Shown here in pieces: positions 13,270 to 22,546 of a stretch of 64,000 nucleotides of DNA. Under the pieces are notes generated by a model, which ran no database searches, was not told where the DNA came from, and worked only from the letters and a program-made list of their open reading frames with translations. Each line of letters starts with the position of its first letter. Position 1 is the first letter of the stretch. Source of the stretch: a virus; IMG/VR virus record IMGVR_UViG_3300044811_000010, positions 1-64,000 of that record. One strand, 5' to 3'. The position numbers and the translations under genes are program-made.

Positions 13270-15516
13270 TTGATGGACTTCGACCTGACACGCGCGTTGC
13301 GAGCCCAAGCGGCAGGGAAGGCGCTTGGTCCGTTCCCGGCGCTCATGAGCCGCGACCCTGTCTCGACATACACACCTGGATATGGTCAGCAGCCCCGCAC
13401 CGACGCGCTGTTCTCTCAGCAGAACGCCGAGCGCCACGCTGGCGCATACGGCGGCGATCAGGCGATGGACTGGGTCTATGACGCGATCAACCTCTACGCC
13501 GACCCGATCTCCACCGCCCCCTTCCACCTGAAGCAGCAGGACGGCACCAAGCTGGTCAAGACCCGCCTGAAGGGCACGCCGCCCGACCACAATGTCGGCC
13601 CGCCCGATCTCTACCGGCTGCTTGAGCAGCCCAACCCGTTCATGATGTACGACGAGCTGGTGGCGCTGCTCGTCATCGACCTGATGCTGGTCGGCAATGC
13701 CTACTGGTTCAAGTGGCGCACCGGAACGTCCGGCAAGCCGCTGGCGATCTACCGCCTAGCGCCGTCGCACGTCAAGCTCGTTCCGGGGCCGTTCGGACCC
13801 GAGCGCTACGAGTACCAGCCGCCCGGAGTCAAGGACCCGCTGAAGATCAGCGCTGAGGACATGCTGCACTTCCGGCGACCCAACCCTCACTCTCAGTACC
13901 TCGGCCTCGGCGTCATTCAAGGCGGCGGCCGGGCGATGGACCTTGACCTCGCTGTGACCGACACCGTTGCGAGCTACTACGAGAACCGCGCCGACCCGTC
14001 CATGATCATTCAGGCCGAGCGCCGGGTGTCGCGCGACGTGTTCAACAAGCTTCGCGCGCAGCTTCGAGCCCGCTCGTCTGGGTCGCACCGAGCCGGCGAA
14101 CTGCTCGTCCTTGAAGCGGGGTTGAAGGCATCCTCGCTGAGCGCCAGCGCCAGCAACGCCCTTTTCGACTCGCTTTCGAAGATGTCGCGCGACCGGATCC
14201 TCGCCAAGTTCCGCGCGAACCCGAAGCTGTTGGGCATCATGGACGAGACGGGCGGCGCCGACAAGGTCGCCGACGCGCGCTTGGAGTTTGACAACGCTGC
14301 CCTGCGCCCGTTCATGGACAAGCTGCAGAAGCTCATCTCGGCCAAGCTCACGGCGGCGTGGGACTGCGAGTACGTCATCGACTACCGCACGCAGATGCCG
14401 CCGGACCAAGCCGTCAAGGTCGCGGGCGAGATCGCCAAGATTCCGGGGATCAAGGTCCGCGAGCTGCGTCGGCAGTACACGCAGTTCGGCATCGAAGAGT
14501 CGACCGGGGACGCCGCGATTGACGAGACGGTCCTCAACATGCCGACCAACGAGCTGGACGCCAACGGCAACCCCATCGGAGGGGGCGCCGGGCTCGCCGA
14601 TCAGCCTCTACCCGGCGAGGCAGGCCGCCCGCCCGGCGGCAATCGCACCGCAGCGTTCCCGAAGAACGGAGCCGCACCCACGCCGGGCGCCCGCGTTCGT
14701 GGCCCCGCCAAGAAGTCTCTGGACGAGATCGCCGCTCGCCTTGAAGTCCTAGGGCTCCTCGAAAGGGTCGAAGGCAAGGCGGTCAGCACGCCAGCGCCCG
14801 ACAACCGGCTCTCGGGAGAGCACCGCCCGAGCGACAGCTTCGCGGGCGCCCGGCGCATCGACATTGACGATGCCGCCTCTGACATCGCTGCGGGGCTTCG
14901 CGACGCGTCGGTAACTCTTGAGCGAGCGCTGCTGGACCACGTCGAGGGCAAGGCCCTGAAGACCTCAGACCTCGCAGGCCGCATCCGCAAGTCGGTGGCG
15001 TGGACGACGTTCCGCAACCAGATCACCAAGATCATCGAAGACGGCGCCAAGCGTGCTGCCCAGAGCGCGGTCGCGCACTCCGGGCTGACTCTTGAGGACG
15101 AGGTCGACTACGACTCCATCGTGAAGTCCGTCGCGAACCGTCCCGAGGGCATCCGCAGCATCGTCAACACGCTGCGCACCCGCGTTGTCAACGCCATCAA
15201 GGACGCCCGCAACGCCAACGCTGAGCGCACCGAGTTCGAGACTGCGGTTCGAGCGTCGCTGAGCGATTGGGCCGCCTCGCAGGCAGTCACCATCGCTGAC
15301 ACCGAGGCAACCCACACCTACAACGAAGCGACGCTCACAGCCGCCGAGCAGGCGGGCATCAAGTCGGTGCTCGTGACCGACGGCGACGAGGACGACGAGC
15401 CCTGCATTGAGGCCAACGGCCAGGTCTGGGACATCAAGACCGCCCGCGAGCGCCGAGTGGAGCACCCGCGCTGCCGCCGCGCCTTCCTTCCTCTGACTGC
15501 TGAAGCGGTAACCTAG
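13270..15516 (+). CDS. portal protein fused to a MuF-like head morphogenesis domain
   Basis: HK97-type portal motifs (L..PNPFM, LMLVGNAYW, LHFR); C-terminal IADTEATHTYN...C..ANG...HPRCR. Confidence 0.88.
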   Translation: MMDFDLTRALRAQAAGKALGPFPALMSRDPVSTYTPGYGQQPRTDALFSQQNAERHAGAYGGDQAMDWVYDAINLYADPISTAPFHLKQQDGTKLVKTRLKGTPPDHNVGPPDLYRLLEQPNPFMMYDELVALLVIDLMLVGNAYWFKWRTGTSGKPLAIYRLAPSHVKLVPGPFGPERYEYQPPGVKDPLKISAEDMLHFRRPNPHSQYLGLGVIQGGGRAMDLDLAVTDTVASYYENRADPSMIIQAERRVSRDVFNKLRAQLRARSSGSHRAGELLVLEAGLKASSLSASASNALFDSLSKMSRDRILAKFRANPKLLGIMDETGGADKVADARLEFDNAALRPFMDKLQKLISAKLTAAWDCEYVIDYRTQMPPDQAVKVAGEIAKIPGIKVRELRRQYTQFGIEESTGDAAIDETVLNMPTNELDANGNPIGGGAGLADQPLPGEAGRPPGGNRTAAFPKNGAAPTPGARVRGPAKKSLDEIAARLEVLGLLERVEGKAVSTPAPDNRLSGEHRPSDSFAGARRIDIDDAASDIAAGLRDASVTLERALLDHVEGKALKTSDLAGRIRKSVAWTTFRNQITKIIEDGAKRAAQSAVAHSGLTLEDEVDYDSIVKSVANRPEGIRSIVNTLRTRVVNAIKDARNANAERTEFETAVRASLSDWAASQAVTIADTEATHTYNEATLTAAEQAGIKSVLVTDGDEDDEPCIEANGQVWDIKTARERRVEHPRCRRAFLPLTAEAVT

Positions 15517-15520
15517 GGCC

Positions 15521-15718
15521 ATGCACGCCTACTTCTTCGCAGCCGATGTTCACAACGCGACGCGCGGGCGCCCCAAGCGTAAGCGTTCGGCGGGCGCCGG
15601 GTCTGCGGTCAAGGTCGGAGGCCACACGAGGACCCCACGAGGCCCCAATCGAGGGAAGCCCTCGGTTCGAGTCGACGGCTACGCTCGCGGAAAGCCGAAG
15701 AAGCGCCGCAAGTCGTAA
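15521..15718 (+). CDS. small Lys/Arg-rich protein
   Basis: TAACCT-N6-ATG; highly basic. Confidence 0.6.
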   Translation: MHAYFFAADVHNATRGRPKRKRSAGAGSAVKVGGHTRTPRGPNRGKPSVRVDGYARGKPKKRRKS

Positions 15719-15760
15719 TGTGGTACGCTTCCTAGCCCCGAGCAAGGAGCGCGCTACGTC

Positions 15761-16081
15761 ATGAACTACTCGCAGGACGAATTTCTCGACATCATGTCTC
15801 AGGTTGACCGCGAGGGCGGCGACCACTTGGACAAGGTGTGTAAGCATCGGCGCTATACCTTCTCCGGCCCGAAGCAGAAGCCGGTGATTCTTCCCGGCTG
15901 CGGCAACTCCACGCTGTTTGAGATTCCCTACGATCTCGAACCCGCTACCAACGTCTTGGAGAAGGGGAAGATCGGGGTCTGCGCGGTCGATGACGCCATG
16001 GGCGCGTGGCCGCGCTATGGTGCTAACGAGCACTCCCCAGCCACCGGCGGCTGGCTACCCGACATGGAGGAACTTCGGTGA
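15761..16081 (+). CDS. hypothetical protein
   Basis: AAGGAG SD; start of a coupled gene run. Confidence 0.6.
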   Translation: MNYSQDEFLDIMSQVDREGGDHLDKVCKHRRYTFSGPKQKPVILPGCGNSTLFEIPYDLEPATNVLEKGKIGVCAVDDAMGAWPRYGANEHSPATGGWLPDMEELR

Positions 16082-16290
16082 CCGTAGAGATCACAGTACG
16101 CGACGTAGTGGACCCCGTTCAGATCGAAGGGGACTTCGCTGGGTTCATCGCCGACCTGAACATCGCGGCAGCGTCCGGCAAGCAGTTCGTGATCTGCAAG
16201 GAGCTGGGCGGCGGCCCGGTCGCGTTCGAGACGCGGAACATCACAATCATGCGCGACGCGGAGGATGACAGTTCCTTCATCGGTCGCTAG
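16078..16290 (+). CDS. hypothetical protein
   Basis: GTGA overlap with the previous gene. Confidence 0.6.
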   Translation: MTVEITVRDVVDPVQIEGDFAGFIADLNIAAASGKQFVICKELGGGPVAFETRNITIMRDAEDDSSFIGR

Positions 16291-16414
16291 CTCTCTGTTG
16301 GCTTTCGGAGCCATCCTGACGGTCGTCTCCCCGGCCGCCGGGGTCATCGTTGCCGGGCTCGGGCTGGCTTTCGAGCTGGTGCTGTTCGTCGTCAGTGCGA
16401 CTGGGCAGCCCTGA
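16265..16414 (+). CDS. small two-helix membrane protein (not in ORF track)
   Basis: 49-aa hydrophobic ORF; its TGA overlaps the next ATG. Confidence 0.5.
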   Translation: MTVPSSVASSLLAFGAILTVVSPAAGVIVAGLGLAFELVLFVVSATGQP

Positions 16415-16656
16415 TGGCGATTGGCCGCCGCTGCTCGCTAGGTTGCGAATCGTGGCCCGACGAGGCGCTATTCACGACCTGTCCGCAATGCGGCGAGCCT
16501 ACGCAGAGGATGCGTAACCTGCATCCTCTCGCGGCCGACGAGGCTCACAACGTGCTCGCCCATTACGAATTCGAGAAGTTCTACGTCCGCTATTGCAGGC
16601 AGCGCGGCCAGCGGGTCGAGGGGCCGCTTCTTGATGAGCCCAGTCCAGTTGGCTAG
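16414..16656 (+). CDS. zinc-ribbon protein
   Basis: CSLGC...CPQCG. Confidence 0.6.
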   Translation: MAIGRRCSLGCESWPDEALFTTCPQCGEPTQRMRNLHPLAADEAHNVLAHYEFEKFYVRYCRQRGQRVEGPLLDEPSPVG

Positions 16657-16876
16657 ACTTCTGATTGGCACTTTCGAGGCCGTCGAGCTGGCAGATCGAG
16701 TCCTGAGCAGGGCGTTCCCGTACCGCTGGACTCGGGACGCTCTACTTGATACGATCCTAGGCCCCGCCGATAGCTTCGAGTACGTCAGCAGAACTGCCCC
16801 CGCAGGACCGCCGCCGACCATCTCATAGCCGAGCGGAACACCCGCTCACAGCCTGAATCCACAGGAGGATTACCCC

Positions 16877-18595
16877 TTGTCTGACATCTCCCCGTTCCAG
16901 ACCGACTTCGCGCACTCGGTCATCAGCGCGAAGTACATGGCCCCGCACGGAGAGCGCCATTGGTTCCAGACCGCTGACCGCGCCGTACTCCACCCGCTTG
17001 CCGCGCTCGAAGCGCGCACGGGCAAGTCCTACGCGCGAGAGCGTATCGCGCTACAGGCGCTCGTGCGCGCACGTCACTTCATGCCCGGCGGTCGTTACCT
17101 CTACGCGTCGGGCAACGATTTCCACCAAGTCCAGAACTGCCTGCTGCTGTCGTGCGAGGATACTCGCGAGGGCTGGGCAGACCTGTCGTGGAAGTCTGAA
17201 ATGTCGCTACTGACAGGCGCCGGCATCGGCGTCTACTATGGGGATGTACGCCCCAACGGAACGCTCGTCGGCCGCACTGGCGGCACGGCCAGCGGCCCCA
17301 TCCCGAAGATGATTCAGGTCAACGAGACGGGCCGTGCCGCTGTTCAGGGCGGAGATAGGCGGTCTGCGGTCTGGGCTGGGCTACCTTGGTGGCACGCGGA
17401 CGTGTTCTGGTTCAACCGCGTCAAGGACTGGCCGCAGTACCTCAAGGACGCGAAGGCTGAGGACCCCAGCATCGCTGCGCCGATGGACATGACCAACATC
17501 TCCGTGTGCCTTGACGACGAGTTCTTCGAGCTGATGGACACGGGAACGCTCGATGACCAGTCTTGGTTCTTGGAGAACGGCTACTCGGCCCCTGACGGCG
17601 GCACTTGGTCCGAATGGGCTCGGCGCGTCTACTGGGACGTAGTCAACCGGATGACGCAGACCGGCGAGCCGGGCTTCTCTGTTGACCTTGGGGAGCACCG
17701 TGACGAGAAGCTGCGCAACGCTTGCACCGAAATCGTCTCGGCGGATGACTCTGACATCTGCAACCTCGGGGGCATCGTCCTCTCGCGATTCACTAGCCCC
17801 AGCGACTTCGAGGAAGCGGTGCGGCTCGGGGTCCTGTACCTGACTGCCGGCACGGTCTACTCCGATCTTCCGTACGCGAAGGTTGGAGAGGTCCGTGAGA
17901 AGAATAGGCGCCTCGGTCTTGACCTGCTAGGAGTCCATGAGTTCCTGCTGATGCGTGGCCTCAAGTACGGAACCGACGACGCCTTCGAGGCGTTGGAGCC
18001 CTACATGGAGGTCTACGACCGGGCGTTGGAATACGCCCACGAGGCCCAGGCCGCCGCTGGGCTGTCGTTGTCGGTCGCGGCGACCTCCGGAGCCCCTACA
18101 GGCACGCGCGGCATCGGAGCTGAGACGACGACAGGCTGGGAGCCGGTCACCTACACGGCGTATAGCCGCTCCGTCATTACGTCCAAGGCCCACGCTCCGG
18201 ACGAGCGCACGCTGCACTATGTCGTGGATCCGACGGTCGAACGGCTGATCAAGGAAGGCTACATCCTGCCCACCGACGATATTGAGGACTCGGCTACGCT
18301 GGCATACGACTACGAGAGCCGCTTCCGCATGCAGGCGTACGCTCAATCTCATACCGATCAGGCGATCAGCATGACGATCAACCTCCCTCACGTCATGACT
18401 AGCGCGCAGGAGCGCAAGCAGTTCGGCGAGACGCTGTACCGCTACCTGCCCAAGCTGCGCGGCATCACGGTCTACCCGAACGGCGCGATCTCGGGGCAGC
18501 CGATCACGCGCGTACCTCTGGCCCAGGCGATGGGCTACGACTACGAGGTCACTGAGGACGCTGAGAAGTGCGCGACGGGGGTCTGCGGCATCTAG
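16877..18595 (+). CDS. nrdJ: class II (B12-dependent) ribonucleotide reductase
   Basis: FMPGGR, QNC, GAGIG, NACTEI, CNLG, APTGT, DQAISMT and C-terminal CATGVC; no NrdB in the window. Confidence 0.88.
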   Translation: MSDISPFQTDFAHSVISAKYMAPHGERHWFQTADRAVLHPLAALEARTGKSYARERIALQALVRARHFMPGGRYLYASGNDFHQVQNCLLLSCEDTREGWADLSWKSEMSLLTGAGIGVYYGDVRPNGTLVGRTGGTASGPIPKMIQVNETGRAAVQGGDRRSAVWAGLPWWHADVFWFNRVKDWPQYLKDAKAEDPSIAAPMDMTNISVCLDDEFFELMDTGTLDDQSWFLENGYSAPDGGTWSEWARRVYWDVVNRMTQTGEPGFSVDLGEHRDEKLRNACTEIVSADDSDICNLGGIVLSRFTSPSDFEEAVRLGVLYLTAGTVYSDLPYAKVGEVREKNRRLGLDLLGVHEFLLMRGLKYGTDDAFEALEPYMEVYDRALEYAHEAQAAAGLSLSVAATSGAPTGTRGIGAETTTGWEPVTYTAYSRSVITSKAHAPDERTLHYVVDPTVERLIKEGYILPTDDIEDSATLAYDYESRFRMQAYAQSHTDQAISMTINLPHVMTSAQERKQFGETLYRYLPKLRGITVYPNGAISGQPITRVPLAQAMGYDYEVTEDAEKCATGVCGI

Positions 18596-18625
18596 CATGT
18601 CGTAGTGGGCCGTAGGATTTGTCCT

Positions 18626-18799
18626 ATGCCTCTCTCGAACTTGATGTCCAAGCCCGTCCGGACGAAGCCGGTAGTCGTCAAGACCCGAATCCTCCCGGCC
18701 GCCTATCCGGCGGGGCGCGGTGTCAACCAGCCGAGCGGCAAGATCAAGGTCACGCACCGTAACCCGCCGAAGAAGCACAGCGTCGGCCGCCCTAGCTGA
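18626..18799 (+). CDS. small basic protein
   Basis: TAGGAT-N7-ATG; Lys/Pro-rich. Confidence 0.55.
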   Translation: MPLSNLMSKPVRTKPVVVKTRILPAAYPAGRGVNQPSGKIKVTHRNPPKKHSVGRPS

Positions 18800-18801
18800 G
18801 C

Positions 18802-19533
18802 ATGCAGTTCCCGGCTGACATCTTCGTCTCCCCGGTCGAGGGCCATGACGACCTGATCGCGTTCCGCTACGACTTCACGCTCGAAGGCAAGGCAGTCGAT
18901 GGGGCGTCGCCGCAGATCATCACTGAAGACGAGAACGGCGACCTCATCATCGAGGGCTACGCCGCAGTCTTCGATGGGCTCGACCGGCAGCGCGAGAACT
19001 TCGCCGACGGCGCCTTCCAGCGAGGCATTAAGAGCTTCCTCGACGGCCAAGCCTCTCTGAACTTTCACCACAAGCACGATCATGGGATCGGCAAGGTTCT
19101 CGACCTCAAGGAAGAGGAGGGCAAGGGGCTGTGGATGAAGGCGCGCGTTGATCATCAGCCTGAGTCCTCGCCGCTGCGCTACATCTACAACGCCGTCAAG
19201 AAGGGCACGTACAGCGCTCTCTCCGTGGGTGGGTTCTTCAAGCGTGCCCTCGTCGCTGGCGGCCAGAGGATCGTGGACTGCGACTTCACTGAAATCAGCG
19301 TCACTCCTGTTCCGGTTCACCCCGGAACAAGCTTCGCTGTCGTTGCCGGTAAGGCTCTCGCGAGCGACCTGCAGTCCGAGAACCTCAAGGTTCCGAAGCT
19401 GCCGGAAGACGAGATTCGCGACGATGACTTCTTCTCGGCGCAGTGCGCGCTTGAGACGCTGGACCGTATCTTCACGCAGCTCTCGAAGCGTGGAGCAGTC
19501 ACTTCAACCTCGGATGCCGCAGCCGCTGCTTAG
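18802..19533 (+). CDS. HK97-family prohead protease
   Basis: IEGYAAVF, D..R..F..GAF, H.H...IG, LSVGG and EISV.PVP motifs. Confidence 0.9.
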   Translation: MQFPADIFVSPVEGHDDLIAFRYDFTLEGKAVDGASPQIITEDENGDLIIEGYAAVFDGLDRQRENFADGAFQRGIKSFLDGQASLNFHHKHDHGIGKVLDLKEEEGKGLWMKARVDHQPESSPLRYIYNAVKKGTYSALSVGGFFKRALVAGGQRIVDCDFTEISVTPVPVHPGTSFAVVAGKALASDLQSENLKVPKLPEDEIRDDDFFSAQCALETLDRIFTQLSKRGAVTSTSDAAAAA

Positions 19534-19565
19534 CGGTTGTCACTGGCGAAGGTAAGGTACCACTC

Positions 19566-20888
19566 ATGGATCTCAAGCAGCTCACCGACGCGATCTCCGC
19601 CCTGGAGACGAAGGCCAACGAGACGCTCGCCGCTGTCGAGGCTGGCGACAAGACGGCCGAGGAAGCCAAGGCGCTCATCGCCGAGTGGCAGCCTCAGATC
19701 GAAACCCTCACGCGCGACCGTGAGTCTGCTCTGCAGGCCAAGGCGCTCGAAGACCTGCGCGGCGAGTTCGGCACGCTGCAGTCCGTCATCGAAGACCTCC
19801 GCAAGCCCGCTGGTGAGTTCGTGCTTCCCACGGACGGCGAGGGCAAGTCGCTTCCCGAGGACGACCCCTACTCCGCAGGCAACTACTCCGTCTTCGCCGA
19901 CATCCGCATGGCGAACAAGGGCCAGCAGGACGCCCGCGACCGTCTGACCAAGGGCTTCGAGGGTCTGACCCCCGAGGGCAAGGCTATGACGGAAGGTACC
20001 GACGCGCAGGGCGGCTACCTCGTTCGCCCGCAGATCGAGCGCCAGATCGTTGAGGCCCGCGAGCTGGACAACGTCCTTCGCACCCTCTGCTCCAAGCTGA
20101 ACGTCACCACGACGAGCATTCAGCTCGACCAGATCGGCCTGACGACGACTGCCGGCTGGGTCGCCGAGCTGGCTCAGAAGCCTGAGTCGACCGGCATGAC
20201 GCTGGCGACCGTCACGGCCAACGTCTTCACGGCGGCTGGCCTCGCGACGATCTCCAACCAGCTCCTGCAGGACTCCAACCCGGCCATCGACGGCCTCGTC
20301 ACGGCTGACCTCGCCAAGCGCCTCGTCGCGCTGGAAGAGACGGCCTTCCTCAACGGCTCCGGAACGGGACAGCCTCTCGGCATCCTGAACACTCCGGGCA
20401 TCGGCGCAACGCCGCTGACGGCGACGGACATTCTCTCGCTGCTGGACTCGATCCTCGACTCCATCGCGACGGTCGAAACGGCGCACGGCGCCCCGACGGC
20501 CATCCTGATGCACCCGCGTACGTGGACTCGCATCCTGAAGTCCCGCGACTCGCAGGGCGCCTACTACATCGACCCGGTCGGCGGTCCTCAGGACCCCCGC
20601 ACGGGACAGCGCGGCCCGGTCAAGTCCCTCTGGGGCTACCAGGTTGTCACGTCCAACCGAGTCCCGACCAACCTCGGAACGGGCACCAACGAGTCTCGCG
20701 TCATCATCGGCGACTTCGCCGAGGCGCTGATCCTCGACCGTCAGGGAATCACGGTGGACGAGTCGAGCCACGTCTTTTTCACCACGAACCAGACGGTGTT
20801 CCGCGCTGAGCAGCGAGTCGGCTTCACCGCCGCCCGCACCCCGTCCGCCTTCAACGTGGTCGGTGGCGTCGGCCTGGCCAACGGCTGA
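19566..20888 (+). CDS. major capsid protein (HK97 fold)
   Basis: coiled-coil delta domain, GGYLV.P, A.WVAE, ISNQLLQDS, GSGTGQPLGI, GDF, FRAEQR. Confidence 0.95.
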   Translation: MDLKQLTDAISALETKANETLAAVEAGDKTAEEAKALIAEWQPQIETLTRDRESALQAKALEDLRGEFGTLQSVIEDLRKPAGEFVLPTDGEGKSLPEDDPYSAGNYSVFADIRMANKGQQDARDRLTKGFEGLTPEGKAMTEGTDAQGGYLVRPQIERQIVEARELDNVLRTLCSKLNVTTTSIQLDQIGLTTTAGWVAELAQKPESTGMTLATVTANVFTAAGLATISNQLLQDSNPAIDGLVTADLAKRLVALEETAFLNGSGTGQPLGILNTPGIGATPLTATDILSLLDSILDSIATVETAHGAPTAILMHPRTWTRILKSRDSQGAYYIDPVGGPQDPRTGQRGPVKSLWGYQVVTSNRVPTNLGTGTNESRVIIGDFAEALILDRQGITVDESSHVFFTTNQTVFRAEQRVGFTAARTPSAFNVVGGVGLANG

Positions 20889-20917
20889 TCAACCAGCCTC
20901 ACTAGGAGAACTGACTA

Positions 20918-21325
20918 ATGGCACCCATTTCTACACCTGACAAGCCGGAGATCGTCGCTCAGGCTGGCGCCCTCATCGGTGACGAGGCAGTCAACGCTGC
21001 CCGCCACGTTGTCGAGCCCGAAGTCAACACCGAGCCCGTCGACGCGCAGGTCGCGCCCGAGCGCGACGCGGCGGCAGCGTCGGTCACCGTCCATGAGACG
21101 GTTGTCCACACCGACCGCGTGATCACGGATCCGTCCTCTCCGGAGGCCGTCCAGATCCCCGACGCAGGTCGCGGCGACGCTCGTCTCCCGATCCATCAGC
21201 TCGGCGAGCCCACGCCGGAGCAGGTCTTCGCTGGTGAAGAGAAGGAGAGCGACGAAGCTCCCGCCTCCACGCCGGACGAGACTCCGACCTCCACGCCGGA
21301 CGAGACTCCGACCAACAACGCCTAG
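20918..21325 (+). CDS. acidic hypothetical protein
   Basis: AGGAG SD; C-terminal STPDETP tandem repeat. Confidence 0.7.
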   Translation: MAPISTPDKPEIVAQAGALIGDEAVNAARHVVEPEVNTEPVDAQVAPERDAAAASVTVHETVVHTDRVITDPSSPEAVQIPDAGRGDARLPIHQLGEPTPEQVFAGEEKESDEAPASTPDETPTSTPDETPTNNA

Positions 21326-21351
21326 ACCACGCCCTACGACAGCCGTTTGTA

Positions 21352-21381
21352 ACGAGAGCCGCCAAGTGCGGCTCTCGTCGT
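21352..21381 (+). terminator. intrinsic terminator
   Basis: ACGAGAGCCGC-CAAGT-GCGGCTCTCGT followed by CGTTT. Confidence 0.65.
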
Positions 21382-21412
21382 TTCCGGCGAGCCCCACTGT
21401 ACCATCTGACAC

Positions 21413-22189
21413 ATGCCCACTGCCCCGACCCCTAAGCCGCTTGTAGCCCTTTTCGGCAACAACAACCCGCAGATGCAGGTTGAGGGGCAGAGCGTCCCGG
21501 CAGAGCATCTGAACCAGAGCGTCACTCGCGTCGAGTTCTGGCCGGGCATCGACAACATCGAGAACGTCGAGCACTCCCTTTCGACCAACAACGACCGGGT
21601 TCTCTCCATGATCGCTCGCGGTCTGGGGGACGCTCACCGTAAGTTCGCCATCGCGGTTGCTGAGGCCGAGCAGCTTCTCGGTATCCACGCCGCAGGCGAC
21701 GCGCCCGCGTACATCAACTCCGAGGACCCTGACCTCGCGGCGGCTCTCTCCAAGCACTTCGACGTTCCGATCCTCGACCCGCAGGCGCTTCTGACCAGCG
21801 TAGGGCGCGACGCGCTTCACGCTCAGCATCTTGGATCCGCTGGATCCCCGACGCAGCCTGCACAGTTCGGCTACATGGCTGTCTCGGCCAACGCGACGGC
21901 CGCATCGACGGCGTCCACAACGCTTCCCGGCGAAATCACGACTGCCGGCGGCGGACTTCTCCGCGCCCTCGCCACTTACGCCCACACCGCAGGTACGAAC
22001 ACGACGACGTTGACCAAGACCTTCACGGCCAACGGCTCTGACGCTCTGCCCGTGACGCTGGCGAAGATCGGCATTCTCAACGCGTCTTCGGTCGGCACGC
22101 TCGGCTACGAAACGCTCCTGAGCGCCACGGCGACCCTCACGGTGTCCGGCGACAACGTGACGATCACCTGGACCGACACAGCGGGCTAG
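21413..22189 (+). CDS. virion structural protein
   Basis: Thr/Ala-rich C-terminal beta domain; position in the head-tail module. Confidence 0.65.
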   Translation: MPTAPTPKPLVALFGNNNPQMQVEGQSVPAEHLNQSVTRVEFWPGIDNIENVEHSLSTNNDRVLSMIARGLGDAHRKFAIAVAEAEQLLGIHAAGDAPAYINSEDPDLAAALSKHFDVPILDPQALLTSVGRDALHAQHLGSAGSPTQPAQFGYMAVSANATAASTASTTLPGEITTAGGGLLRALATYAHTAGTNTTTLTKTFTANGSDALPVTLAKIGILNASSVGTLGYETLLSATATLTVSGDNVTITWTDTAG

Positions 22190-22192
22190 TTC

Positions 22193-22546
22193 ATGATGTG
22201 GCGCGCGGTCGCCGCCGCATTCGTGCTCATCATGGTGGCTGGCGTGGGAACAGACGCGGCTGGCGAAGCTCCAGGCCGCACTACGATCCTCAGGAACGGC
22301 GGAGCCGCCGGAGGAGACGCGCTGGTCATCCCGCGCGGTGACATTCTGAACGTCCGCAACATTCAAGGCGGGACCGCTAGTGACCCAAACCTCGACCTCG
22401 GCGCGGGCTCGTCCACGCACCGTGGCGTGCTGGCGCTGAACTACGACGTGGGTCGCTGCGTCGTCATCTACGACGGGCATCGACGACGCCTCGCTAAGTT
22501 CTGCCCCCACAAGATCGTCTTCTACGTCAAGCCGCAGGTGCGCTGA
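22193..22546 (+). CDS. signal-peptide-bearing hypothetical protein
   Basis: N-terminal hydrophobic segment. Confidence 0.55.
   Translation: MMWRAVAAAFVLIMVAGVGTDAAGEAPGRTTILRNGGAAGGDALVIPRGDILNVRNIQGGTASDPNLDLGAGSSTHRGVLALNYDVGRCVVIYDGHRRRLAKFCPHKIVFYVKPQVR

Noticed and set aside
21264-21313. DNA tandem repeat CCTCCACGCCGGACGAGACTCCGA
   Set aside because: Two copies encoding a low-complexity peptide tail; no sign of a separate function.
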